This document shows positions 10,940 through 20,544 of a stretch of 64,000 nt of DNA, piece by piece. The notes under the pieces are model-generated. The model was not told the DNA's origin, searched no databases, and saw only the letters and a list, made by a program, of their open reading frames with translations. Source of the stretch: a bacterium (GTDB lineage: Bacteria > Patescibacteriota > CPR2 > UBA1875 > JAJYID01). The position numbers and the translations under genes were made by a program. The stretch is from NCBI GenBank assembly GCA_030647205.1, contig JAUSJO010000002.1, positions 177,112 through 241,111 of the forward strand, written 5' to 3'. Each line of letters starts with the position of its first letter. Within the stretch, counting starts at the first letter, position 1.

Positions 10940-13900
10940 ATGAGAGTGAAATCTCTTAAGTTTTTACGTAGTTTGAGGTTTCATACTACTTTTGCTTTGC
11001 ATTTAAAAGCCCACAAAAATAGCTGGTACAAAGAGTGGCACCAGTGGCGTTTTCATCATCATTTCCATGCGGCAATGTTTGTTTTTTATACTGTAAGTGT
11101 TCTTTTGGGATCTTTTGCAACACTGCTTCCGAACGCCAACAATAAAGCATTGGCAGCAGCCCTGAACTATGATCAAACTTTTGATACCGGAACCGGACTG
11201 ACATACGATAGCAGTAAAATAAATATCCCCGGTGATGGTTTGGCTACCTTAAAATCCCATACGCCAGGCAGTGACTGGATAGCGACAGATAATGATGGTG
11301 GATACAACTGGAGTTATAGGAAGGCTATCACTATCACAAATCCGAATGCCACGAATGACTTTCAGGTCCAGCTGACTGGTATAGATACGGTTTTGGGCGG
11401 GAAAGTGCAAGCTAATTGCTCCGACATGCGTTTTACCTCTGATAATGGTGTGACTGTTATACCACATTGGGTTGAGTCCACAAGTTGCCCATCTGCCTCT
11501 ACTACGATATGGGTAAAGGTGCCTGCCACGAAGACAACCATATACATGTATTATGGAAATTCAAAACCAGAGTGGATGGCAAGAGAAACTAATCGCACTT
11601 GGCGTGGTGTGGCATCTTCCTCAGACGGCACCAAACTGGCAGCAGTAGTCAATGGCGGTCAAATATATACTTCAACTGACTCCGGCGCCACCTGGACCCC
11701 AAGAGATTCTAGCCGTGCCTGGTGGAACATCACCTCTTCTTCAGATGGCACCAAACTGGCAGCAACAGTCAACAACGGCCAAATATATACTTCAACTGAC
11801 TCCGGCGCCACATGGACTCCGAGAGAGTCTAGTCGTGGTTGGGACGCAATGTCTTCCTCCTCAGATGGCACCAAGCTGGCAGCAGCAGTTTGGGGTGGTC
11901 AAATATATATTTCAACTGACTCCGGCGCCACTTGGGCAGCCAGAGCTTCTAGTCAAAACTGGGCCAGTGTTAGTCTCTCTTCAGACGGCACAAAAATAGT
12001 GGCAACAGCGGATAGTAGCCAAATCTACACAACGACTATACCCAGTAGTGATACGGCGGTATTTGAGGATGTTATTAGTAATGTGCAGGGTGCCTGGGAA
12101 ATGGGTGATAATCCAGGGGGTGCGGGCGTGGATTCATCTGGTAATAACCTTACAAGCACACTGAACGGTACAGCTGAAGTCAGCGATAGGAATAGTAGAA
12201 CCGCCAAAGCTCGCAACTATGCTGCCGGTGGTGATGGTGTAGATAATATAACAGTAAGTGACAATACTGTTATAAGGCCAACACCAGGAACTGTGATTAC
12301 CCTTTCAGTTTGGGCCCGATCTGGTGATAACACCGACACTTCTTATATTATAAAGAAAAAAGAAACTTATTCTCTAAGGATTCTTGCAGATGGGACGATA
12401 AATACCAATTTCTTTATTGCTAGTGCGTGGAGGACGTGCTCAAGTGCAGTTGGTGCCTTCCCAGAAACCAACACATGGACTCATCTAGCTGTAACCTATG
12501 ACACTGTGGGTGGCTCATATAAGATCTACAAAAATGGAACAGAGGTTGCCTCCTGTCCAGCTCAAACAGGCGATATCTCGTCCGTGACTAACACGGAATT
12601 GCTACTGGGTACCTATAACTTTGTTAATAATGACTGGAATGGTGATCTGGATGATATAAGGGTTTACAACAAGGTTTTGCCTGTTGCAGATATGCAGAAG
12701 CTTGCAGTGACCTCAAATATAAGTGAGTTCAGTACCGCGCATCCAAATATGGAATATGTCAAGAAGTATACCGCCGGTCTAAGCGTCGGCGCACCAAGCA
12801 GTGAAGAGGGGATTGTCTATAATGACAACCCCAGTATAGGTAATACAGCAGCGATAAACATGAGTAAGCTCGTGGGCTTTACGGGGACGGCCGGCGGTGG
12901 CTCGACCGGCACTTTCGAATATCAGTTATCACCGGACAATGGGGCTCATTGGTATGAATGGTTTGAAGGTGATGATTGGTATGAAGTGACAGGATCAACT
13001 AGTACTATTGACCAAGCCGCTGTTGATCAGTTTAACGAGAGGTTTGCCACGCCCGACACAGCTGGTTATATACAGTTCAAGTGGAGAGCCGTTTTAATTT
13101 CTAATGGGACGCTTAGCCAGATACCTAAACTCGACGAGGTTACTTTTAGCTATTATTATGATACGGCGGATCCGGACAATGTAGTCCAGTCTGATGCTTC
13201 ATATGGAGGTAACTCACTAAATCAAGCGAGTTATTATAACTACATCCAGCCTATATTTGACTGGTCTTCATATGCTCCACTTGATAATAATAGTGGAGGA
13301 GGAGAGTCAAACTCCGGCATAGACGGCTACTATGTTTTATTCTGTAGTACCGCATTGAACAACGACACTGACTGTAATCCGGCAACTAATGGATATTCCA
13401 CTTACACAACAGGTACGACATATACTGCGCCTGACATGACAGGATGGACAAGTGATAACTATTATCTAAGAATAAAAACCAAAGATAAGGCTGGAAACAT
13501 ATCTGATACCACCTCAGTTCCCTTCGTTTATCATTTTGACGTTAATAAACCTACTAATCCCCCAACGCTTACTAGAACTCCATATGCTCCGACAGATGTA
13601 CAAAACAACTTCCGTTTTGACTGGTCGGGAGCAACAGATCCTGACCCAGACGGAGCGGGGTCACTTGAAGCTTCGGGGATAGCCAAGTATCAATGGCGAA
13701 GAGCAATCGATGATCCTGTAACCGGCTGGACAGACACTGTTAATACCTATGCTACAGGTGTCTCTGCCTATCAAATTGGTGAAAACTTGTTCTATGTCAG
13801 GACAGTTGATAATGCTGGGAATGTTGCGGATGGCTATAGCCAGATCAGATATCTCTGGTCCGGAAATGCTCCGCCGGCTCCGACAAATCTCGAAGTAGTC

Positions 13901-15730
13901 CAAAATGACGAAGCGGGCAACATTCAGCGTTTTAGATGGAAGGCGCCGACTCATGATGAAGCTATCCAGGAATATCGTTATGCGGTAAATGTAGCTGATA
14001 TGAATGAAAATAATACCGTTAGCGTAGACCCGACTCCTGACGGATCAGGCTGGATATATACGCCGGTGGGCTCCTATGGAACCCAACAGGGGACAAATAC
14101 TTTCCGGGTAGTGGCGAAAGACGTCCTAAATCAGGTTAACTATACTTACTTTGCTCCGATAGAGTTTAATGTTTCAACCCCCGGACCGGGCTTTCCGACA
14201 GCTCCTGTGATCTCTGATATATCAAACATGGATACCAGCAAATGGGCTCTTGCCCTTTCGTGGGATGCTCCGTCTTCAGGCGGGACACAGGTGGCTAGCT
14301 ATGCTATCCAAAGAACGACAACCCCCGCCGATGATAACAGCTGGGCAGACTTAGCGACTACAATATCTACCGTGTATGCCGATAACTATCAGCTGAACAA
14401 TACAACCACATACTACTATCGAATCCTTTCTGTTGATAATGCCGCAAAGAGAAGTACCCCGTCTGATGTAATCTCAAGGATGCCAACAGGCAAGTATTCT
14501 ACCAAACCGGCAATAGTTACGGGTCCAGCCGCTTCTACTACAGCCACTTCAGCAACTATCACATGGTCTACGGGGCGCGAAGCAACTTCGTTTGTTAAAT
14601 ACGGGGTTGGCAGTTTCGGTTCCTCGGTCGGTTCAAACACGCTAGCTACAACTCATTCAGTCGCTCTTGCCGGCCTAAACCCAGGCACAACATATACCTA
14701 CAAGGTTCAGTCTTTTGATGAGCAAAGAGAATACAATATTAATGACGAAAGCTCATGGTCTCCAACAATAACTTTCTCTACTCAGGCTGCTCCAGGCATC
14801 TCCGATGTAAAAATATCAGATATCCGTCTTGATAGCGCTATCATAACCTGGAAAACTACATCATCTGCCACCTCAACACTTAAGTACGGCAAGTCAAACT
14901 CATATGGCAAAGAAATATCCGACTCTTCCGGTTCAGCCGTAACAACTCACACGGTAAAGCTTTCAGGTTTAGATAATTCATCTACTTATCACTTTAAGAT
15001 TTTTGGTACAGACACGGATGGTAACCAGATGCAATCGGATGATTACAATTTTGACACTCTAACATTCCCGAGAGTCTCAAATGTCAAGTTTGATCAAATA
15101 AAAAATACAGCTACGTCGACGCTGAAAGTAGCATGGGATTCAAATGTTCCTATTTCTTCAACGGTCAGGTATACCGATCCAACAGGAAAAACAATCGAGG
15201 CATCCCAGTCGCAGCTTGTAACCAAGCATGAAATGGTTGTTTCAGGTTTGAAAGATAACACCGAGTATAGCATGGCCGTAAGTGGCAGAGATGCATACGG
15301 CAACGAGGGTACATCGGGGAGTGAGAAAGTAAAAACAGACTTTGATACCAGACCGCCAGCAATATCAGAAATTACTACTGAAACATCGATCAACGGCTAT
15401 GGCACAGATGCTAAAACACAGATGATAGTTTCCTGGAACACTGATGAACCGTCAACTTCTCAAGTTGAGTATGCCAAGGGTGTTTCCGGAGACACATTCT
15501 CCCTTGCAACCCAAGAAGACACAAACCTTACAACCTCACATGTTGTAGTTGTCAGTGATCTTGACCCGTCAAGTTCGTACTACTTCAGAGTGGTTTCCAA
15601 GGATAATTCAAAAAATGAGGCAAAGTCAGAAACCAACTCAGCTCTAACCGAACAAGCCCGTTCATCCGTTTTTGATATAGTGCTGAAATCATTTGAGTCA
15701 ACTTTAGGTTGGCTTTTTGGTGGCCGTTAA
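10940..15730 (+). CDS. Giant surface protein: His/Trp-rich leader + TM, DUF2341-like, propeller repeats, LamG-like, FN3 repeats
   Basis: WSYRKAITI..DMRFT..WVKVP..YMYYGN (DUF2341-like); WTHLAVTYD..GDLDDIRVYN (LamG-like); FN3 C-terminus. Confidence 0.8.
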   Translation: MRVKSLKFLRSLRFHTTFALHLKAHKNSWYKEWHQWRFHHHFHAAMFVFYTVSVLLGSFATLLPNANNKALAAALNYDQTFDTGTGLTYDSSKINIPGDGLATLKSHTPGSDWIATDNDGGYNWSYRKAITITNPNATNDFQVQLTGIDTVLGGKVQANCSDMRFTSDNGVTVIPHWVESTSCPSASTTIWVKVPATKTTIYMYYGNSKPEWMARETNRTWRGVASSSDGTKLAAVVNGGQIYTSTDSGATWTPRDSSRAWWNITSSSDGTKLAATVNNGQIYTSTDSGATWTPRESSRGWDAMSSSSDGTKLAAAVWGGQIYISTDSGATWAARASSQNWASVSLSSDGTKIVATADSSQIYTTTIPSSDTAVFEDVISNVQGAWEMGDNPGGAGVDSSGNNLTSTLNGTAEVSDRNSRTAKARNYAAGGDGVDNITVSDNTVIRPTPGTVITLSVWARSGDNTDTSYIIKKKETYSLRILADGTINTNFFIASAWRTCSSAVGAFPETNTWTHLAVTYDTVGGSYKIYKNGTEVASCPAQTGDISSVTNTELLLGTYNFVNNDWNGDLDDIRVYNKVLPVADMQKLAVTSNISEFSTAHPNMEYVKKYTAGLSVGAPSSEEGIVYNDNPSIGNTAAINMSKLVGFTGTAGGGSTGTFEYQLSPDNGAHWYEWFEGDDWYEVTGSTSTIDQAAVDQFNERFATPDTAGYIQFKWRAVLISNGTLSQIPKLDEVTFSYYYDTADPDNVVQSDASYGGNSLNQASYYNYIQPIFDWSSYAPLDNNSGGGESNSGIDGYYVLFCSTALNNDTDCNPATNGYSTYTTGTTYTAPDMTGWTSDNYYLRIKTKDKAGNISDTTSVPFVYHFDVNKPTNPPTLTRTPYAPTDVQNNFRFDWSGATDPDPDGAGSLEASGIAKYQWRRAIDDPVTGWTDTVNTYATGVSAYQIGENLFYVRTVDNAGNVADGYSQIRYLWSGNAPPAPTNLEVVQNDEAGNIQRFRWKAPTHDEAIQEYRYAVNVADMNENNTVSVDPTPDGSGWIYTPVGSYGTQQGTNTFRVVAKDVLNQVNYTYFAPIEFNVSTPGPGFPTAPVISDISNMDTSKWALALSWDAPSSGGTQVASYAIQRTTTPADDNSWADLATTISTVYADNYQLNNTTTYYYRILSVDNAAKRSTPSDVISRMPTGKYSTKPAIVTGPAASTTATSATITWSTGREATSFVKYGVGSFGSSVGSNTLATTHSVALAGLNPGTTYTYKVQSFDEQREYNINDESSWSPTITFSTQAAPGISDVKISDIRLDSAIITWKTTSSATSTLKYGKSNSYGKEISDSSGSAVTTHTVKLSGLDNSSTYHFKIFGTDTDGNQMQSDDYNFDTLTFPRVSNVKFDQIKNTATSTLKVAWDSNVPISSTVRYTDPTGKTIEASQSQLVTKHEMVVSGLKDNTEYSMAVSGRDAYGNEGTSGSEKVKTDFDTRPPAISEITTETSINGYGTDAKTQMIVSWNTDEPSTSQVEYAKGVSGDTFSLATQEDTNLTTSHVVVVSDLDPSSSYYFRVVSKDNSKNEAKSETNSALTEQARSSVFDIVLKSFESTLGWLFGGR
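11575..12030 (+). repeat. About four tandem 120-bp intragenic repeats (40-aa propeller blades)
   Basis: TCAGAYGGCAC recurs at 11621, 11741, 11861, 11981; protein SSSDGTKLAA..GQIYTSTDSGATW. Confidence 0.9.
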
Positions 15731-15763
15731 AGGTAAGATAGAAGGTAGTTAGCGAGGGTAAAT

Positions 15764-16531
15764 ATGACAAAAAAACGAATACCGACAGTAGAGATAAAAA
15801 ACCTTAAAAAGAGCTTTTTCGTAGGTAAAGAGGAAATCCCGGTTTTAAAGGGTCTCGACTTCACTATAGATTTTGGAGAGTTTGTTGTGATCCTTGGACC
15901 ATCGGGTTGCGGGAAAAGCACACTACTTAATACTATTTTGGGGCTTGAGCAGCCGACTGAAGGACAAGTTCTTATTAGGGGCAAAGAAGTATACTCTATG
16001 GATGAAGATGGGCGCGCATCTTTCAGACGCCAGAAGTTTGGTATGGTTTATCAACAGCCGAACTGGATCAGATCTCTTAATGTAATAGAAAACGTTGCTT
16101 TCCCTTTACACGTATCAGGTACACACCATCAAACAGCTATGAGTAAAGCAAAGAATATTCTCTATCTCTTTAAGTTTGATAAGTTTGAAAAATATTATCC
16201 GATGGAGCTCTCGGGAGGACAACAGCAGAAACTATCAGTTTGCCGAGCACTTATTACAAATCCTTGGATTATTATGGCAGATGAGCCGACCGGTAATCTT
16301 GATACGGTGACAGCTGAGGACTTGATGTATGACCTTAAGGTGTTGAATGCTGAGTCAAAAAGAACAGTGATAATGGTTACTCACAACCCGGAATATGAGA
16401 GATACGCAACCAAACTGATTTATATGGAGGATGGCTTGATCAAAAATATAAAGCAAAAGAGCAAACCCTTGATATCTTCAGAAGAAGAGGAGAGAGTGGT
16501 CGACTTGGCCGAAGGGGAGGGAATAGTATAG
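15764..16531 (+). CDS. LolD/MacB-type ABC ATP-binding protein
   Basis: [26 protein letters not shown]; paralog of the N-half of 8096..10057. Confidence 0.92.
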   Translation: MTKKRIPTVEIKNLKKSFFVGKEEIPVLKGLDFTIDFGEFVVILGPSGCGKSTLLNTILGLEQPTEGQVLIRGKEVYSMDEDGRASFRRQKFGMVYQQPNWIRSLNVIENVAFPLHVSGTHHQTAMSKAKNILYLFKFDKFEKYYPMELSGGQQQKLSVCRALITNPWIIMADEPTGNLDTVTAEDLMYDLKVLNAESKRTVIMVTHNPEYERYATKLIYMEDGLIKNIKQKSKPLISSEEEERVVDLAEGEGIV

Positions 16532-17731
16532 ATGAAATTTCGATTTATTATAAAACTAGCTTTTAAAAATCTCAAAAGGTACAAGCTGAGGACCTTCTTG
16601 ACTGCCGGAGGCGTAGCTATAAGTATCGGTTTTATATCTTTTTTGACTGCACTTGGCTATGGACTTCAGAAGGTTTCAACAGACCAAATCGCAAATATGG
16701 AAGCTCTTCAGATACTCGATGTTGACACAGGAAAATCAAAAATTGTAGCTGTAAATGAGGAGGCAGTTAGGAACATCTCAAACCTTTTTGGTGTTGAAAA
16801 AGTTTACCCTATGGTGTCAGTTGCTGGAGATCTAAGTCTTCAGGGGTCAAAGGTTGATGGTATAGTTTATGGGAAATCGCAGGGTATTTTAGAGATTGAA
16901 AAACCGAATGTGATTGTTGGGAAATCATTCACATCCGACTCGGCGGAGGAAGTTCTCGTCAATATCGCTGCTGCTAAGAAACTTGGAGTAGCAAACTATG
17001 CAGACTTAGTTGGTAGAGATTTGACTCTAAACATGGTTTTGAGGCCTGAGCTCATTGGGGGTGATCAAAAAGTCTCTAAAAGGGAGACAAGAAAATATAG
17101 AGTTGCGGGAATTTTGGAAGAAGGTAACTCCCCCTATGTCTATCTTCCGCTTAATAACTTCAAAGCTTTGGGGGTTACAAGTTATAGCGGTGCAAAGGTA
17201 AAAACTACAAGCCGTGAAAACGTAGACAAGATTAAAGTTTTGATAGAACATATGGGATTTAAGGTTAGCTCCATCAAAGATACGATTGATCAAGTAAACC
17301 AGTTTTTTGGTGTATTCCGCATGGTTTTAACCGGCTTTGGTGTGATTGCTGTTATTGTCTCATGCATCGGCATGTTTAACACTCTGACTATCTCCTTGAT
17401 TGAAAAAACCAGAGAAATAGGAATAATGAAATCACTAGGGACAACTAAGAAAGATATCAAAAGAATATTTATCTCAGAAGCCCTTCTAATAGGAATGGTT
17501 GGCGGTGTTACGGGTATAGCTGTGAGTATGATTCTTGGAGAAATATTTAATGCAAGCATTTATGCTTTAGCAAACTCTACTGGGAATACTCCGGTGAAGA
17601 TATTTATTTTCCCGCCTGAACTTCTGATTGTCGCACTAGTGCTTTCAGTTTTAATCAGTTTTCTTACAGGGGCTTATCCATCTAGAAGAGCATCGAGGAT
17701 CAGTGCTCTAAATGCTCTGAGGTATGAATAA
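16532..17731 (+). CDS. MacB/FtsX-type ABC permease
   Basis: RTFLTAGGVAISIG, EKTREIGIMKSLG, ALRYE; paralog of the C-half of 8096..10057. Confidence 0.92.
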   Translation: MKFRFIIKLAFKNLKRYKLRTFLTAGGVAISIGFISFLTALGYGLQKVSTDQIANMEALQILDVDTGKSKIVAVNEEAVRNISNLFGVEKVYPMVSVAGDLSLQGSKVDGIVYGKSQGILEIEKPNVIVGKSFTSDSAEEVLVNIAAAKKLGVANYADLVGRDLTLNMVLRPELIGGDQKVSKRETRKYRVAGILEEGNSPYVYLPLNNFKALGVTSYSGAKVKTTSRENVDKIKVLIEHMGFKVSSIKDTIDQVNQFFGVFRMVLTGFGVIAVIVSCIGMFNTLTISLIEKTREIGIMKSLGTTKKDIKRIFISEALLIGMVGGVTGIAVSMILGEIFNASIYALANSTGNTPVKIFIFPPELLIVALVLSVLISFLTGAYPSRRASRISALNALRYE

Positions 17732-18191
17732 ATACAAATTTATTAAAAAATTGAAAGAAAAAAAGGAAACAGGGTTTACCCTGATAGAAATCGTGGTTGT
17801 CATGGCTATTATTGCTGTTTTAGCGGTATTAGTTGTGGGAGCTATCAGTATCGCGAGAAACATGACCAAGGAGACAACACACCGAGCAAACGCAAGAAGT
17901 ATCCAGACCGGGATGGAGGCATATTATTCCAGAAATAGGCAGTTTCCGCCCGCTACGGAGGGAGGGAATGGTCTCTTTGGAAGCGAGAGTATTTCTTTTG
18001 AAATGGTTGCGGCAAATGATCCAGAATATCTAAACGTATCACTTAGTCCCGCATCTGAATGTGATGGTCCCGATGAATGGGGGGATGGGGGTGGACAGGT
18101 TTGGATAACAACGGATAGGCAGCATTATACAATCACTCCATATGACTCTGGTTGTAGCGACGAGATGATTAAGGACAGACTAATGCAGTAA
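17724..18191 (+). CDS. Type IV pilin/pseudopilin-like protein
   Basis: Prepilin motif G|FTLIE plus hydrophobic helix; C-terminal Cys pair. Confidence 0.85.
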   Translation: MNKYKFIKKLKEKKETGFTLIEIVVVMAIIAVLAVLVVGAISIARNMTKETTHRANARSIQTGMEAYYSRNRQFPPATEGGNGLFGSESISFEMVAANDPEYLNVSLSPASECDGPDEWGDGGGQVWITTDRQHYTITPYDSGCSDEMIKDRLMQ

Positions 18192-18244
18192 TCTTGGGGT
18201 GATGGTAACAAAGTTTCAAGGTTTAAATACATAGGTGGGAAATA

Positions 18245-18979
18245 ATGGTACAAGCGATTATTTTTGGTGCAGTGAGCGGGCTTTCCCTACTCTTCGGAGC
18301 AGCAACTGGCCTAATATTCAAGCTAAATCAAAAAGTAATTGCCCGTTTTATGGCATTTGGCGCCGGGGTTTTGGTCTGCGCGTTGACCTTTGGGCTCATG
18401 GAGGAGGCATTTGGTCATGGCGGATTTGATGCTATCATTATTGGATTCTTGCTCGGCGGTATTGTATTTATTCTTGGCGATTATGTCCTCCATCTAAAGG
18501 GTGGACGTCGCCATAAAAGGCACCAGCTTGTCGAGGCTCGCAAAGACTCAAACGGGAAGGTTATTACTATGGGAGCGCTACTCGATGGCATTCCGGAGTC
18601 TGTAGCCCTTGGGATAGCGCTTTTTACGGGTGGAGGTACGGGCATCCTGATGCTTGTGGCTATAGTATTATCAAACTTTCCGGAGGGCATATCATCGGTG
18701 GATGGGCTCAAGAAAGAGGGGTTCACAAGCGCTGGAATTTACAAAATATGGGGGGTTGTAGCGCTACTTGCTCTTATATTCACAGTTTTGAGCTTCGTAT
18801 TTTTGCATGACATAACTCCGAATACTATTGGCATTATTGAAGCGTTTGCCGCTGGGGCAATCCTCGCCATGCTTGCAGACTCTATGATGCCTGAGGCATT
18901 TGATGATGGAGGATTTAGTATTGGTATACTTACCGTTCTTGGATTTCTAACAGCTTTTATTGTATCAAAGTTGAGCTAG
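18245..18979 (+). CDS. ZIP family metal transporter
   Basis: MAFGAGVL, LDGIPES, SNFPEG, MMPEAF. Confidence 0.88.
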   Translation: MVQAIIFGAVSGLSLLFGAATGLIFKLNQKVIARFMAFGAGVLVCALTFGLMEEAFGHGGFDAIIIGFLLGGIVFILGDYVLHLKGGRRHKRHQLVEARKDSNGKVITMGALLDGIPESVALGIALFTGGGTGILMLVAIVLSNFPEGISSVDGLKKEGFTSAGIYKIWGVVALLALIFTVLSFVFLHDITPNTIGIIEAFAAGAILAMLADSMMPEAFDDGGFSIGILTVLGFLTAFIVSKLS

Positions 18980-18985
18980 GAATAT

Positions 18986-19072
18986 TGTCATTCTGGCTTG
19001 ACCAGAATCGTATTTATCATCCTGAGGCACTAAGGATCTCATTCTGTCATTCCCGCGGAGGCGGGAGTCCAG
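18986..19072 (+). repeat. Three short REP-like palindromes
   Basis: TGTCATTCTGG..CCAGAATC, TATCATCCT..AGGATCT, TGTCATTCCCGC..GCGGGAGTCCAG. Confidence 0.6.
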
Positions 19073-19085
19073 TTCTTTAAATAAT

Positions 19086-19252
19086 TTCTACTTTTTTAGA
19101 AAAAGTAGAACAAAAATCGCGGCTTAAACGGGCTCTTAAAGTATCGTCTGATTTGCTCTCTCATCTTTAAAAAAATTAACTCGCTTCACTCAGACAAAAT
19201 TCTTTTTAAAGGTTCGATCACTCCCAGACTTTCTTTTTGAGCCGATAGCCGC
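19086..19252. repeat. Short hairpin plus long imperfect palindrome (MITE- or ncRNA-like)
   Basis: TTCTACTTTT/AAAAGTAGAA hairpin, then nested pairings GCGGCT/AGCCGC, GGCTC/GAGCC, GTCTG/CAGAC, CTTTAAAAA/TTTTTAAAG. Confidence 0.5.
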
Positions 19253-19340
19253 AAGAGAACTCTCTTTGAAAAAATCATGCGGATCAGCCTAAGATAGTTT
19301 GTATACTGGAATCGACTCTCAATTAGGCTAGAATAAAGCT

Positions 19341-20501
19341 ATGCAGAGAGGTGTAGCTACATTTACCTTAGACTGGGGGAAGTGTCCGCCGTGGTTGTTC
19401 CGGCGGATGGTTTCACTTGGGCGCGAAATGACTGAAACGCTCATTGCCGAGTATGGACCGGATGAGTTCGTCAAAAGATTGGCTGATCCGGTTTGGTTTC
19501 AGTCGCTTGGGACAGTTCTAGCTTTTGACTGGAATGCGAGTGGACTTACGACTATTCTTACAGCGGCCCTTAAAGAGTCTATTCGTGGTCAGGAGCGTGA
19601 TCTTGGCGTCTTTATCTGCGGGGGCAAGGGCAAAACTTCACGGAAAACTCCGGATGAGATAATGAATTGGGGCCAAAAGTTATCTTTGTCTGATGGCAAA
19701 GCCGAGAATTTAGTATATAACTCCAAAATGAGTGCTAAGGTGGACAGTTCTCTCATTCAAGACGGCTATCAAATCTATCATCATAGTTTTATTTTCTCGA
19801 AAAATGGTGCTTGGGCGGTTGTCCAGCAGGGTATGAATACCGAGGAGCAGACGGCGCGGCGTTATCACTGGTTCTCTGATGATATCAAGGATTTGGTTGT
19901 TGAGCCGCATAAAGGCATCGCTTCGCAAAGAATCAATAAGCTAAATAGTACCTTGAATATGTCTTCTAAAAAGAGCGATAAAAATAGGCAGATTTCAACA
20001 GAGCTCGTGAACTCAAACTATAAAACAATCATGAAAGACATAGAGATCTTGCGCCGGCACTCATCTGACTTGTCGCAAATGATTAGTTATCGTGAAAATA
20101 ATGGTGACAAAACTACATTAGCTTCCCTTGCCCGAAAGGAGTTTAAAACTCATCCCGTGATGGTGGAGGACTTTGGCAAAAGCAAATATCTGGAAAGAAT
20201 TCTAGGGAAACTTACGGATGAAAAACCGGATAATTATGAGTCTTTGCTTGCTACGAAAGGAGTTGGGCCGAAAACGATTCGAGCACTTTCGCTAGTTTCT
20301 GAAATTATTTATGGCGCAGATGCATCATATGAAGATCCGGCCAGATATAGTTTCGCTCACGGCGGAAAAGATGCAACCCCTTATCCGGTAGATAAGGAGA
20401 CCTACGACAAAACTATAAATACTATGAGGGAAGTAGTTAAAAAAACCAGAATTAATCCTTTGGAAAAAGATAAAATTTATAAAAGGCTCAGTCCTTTGTA
20501 A
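19341..20501 (+). CDS. DUF763 family protein
   Basis: PPWLF, DPVWFQ, GGKG, WAVVQQGMN, ARRYHW, SFAHGGKD motifs. Confidence 0.88.
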   Translation: MQRGVATFTLDWGKCPPWLFRRMVSLGREMTETLIAEYGPDEFVKRLADPVWFQSLGTVLAFDWNASGLTTILTAALKESIRGQERDLGVFICGGKGKTSRKTPDEIMNWGQKLSLSDGKAENLVYNSKMSAKVDSSLIQDGYQIYHHSFIFSKNGAWAVVQQGMNTEEQTARRYHWFSDDIKDLVVEPHKGIASQRINKLNSTLNMSSKKSDKNRQISTELVNSNYKTIMKDIEILRRHSSDLSQMISYRENNGDKTTLASLARKEFKTHPVMVEDFGKSKYLERILGKLTDEKPDNYESLLATKGVGPKTIRALSLVSEIIYGADASYEDPARYSFAHGGKDATPYPVDKETYDKTINTMREVVKKTRINPLEKDKIYKRLSPL

Positions 20502-20544
20502 AAATAAACCATATTTCCTTCTTTTTTGCTGATATAATGAGGTT

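Noticed and set aside
11575-12030. Diversity-generating retroelement TR/VR pair
   Set aside because: Repeats are in-frame tandem coding units, differences are not adenine-specific, and no reverse transcriptase is in the window.
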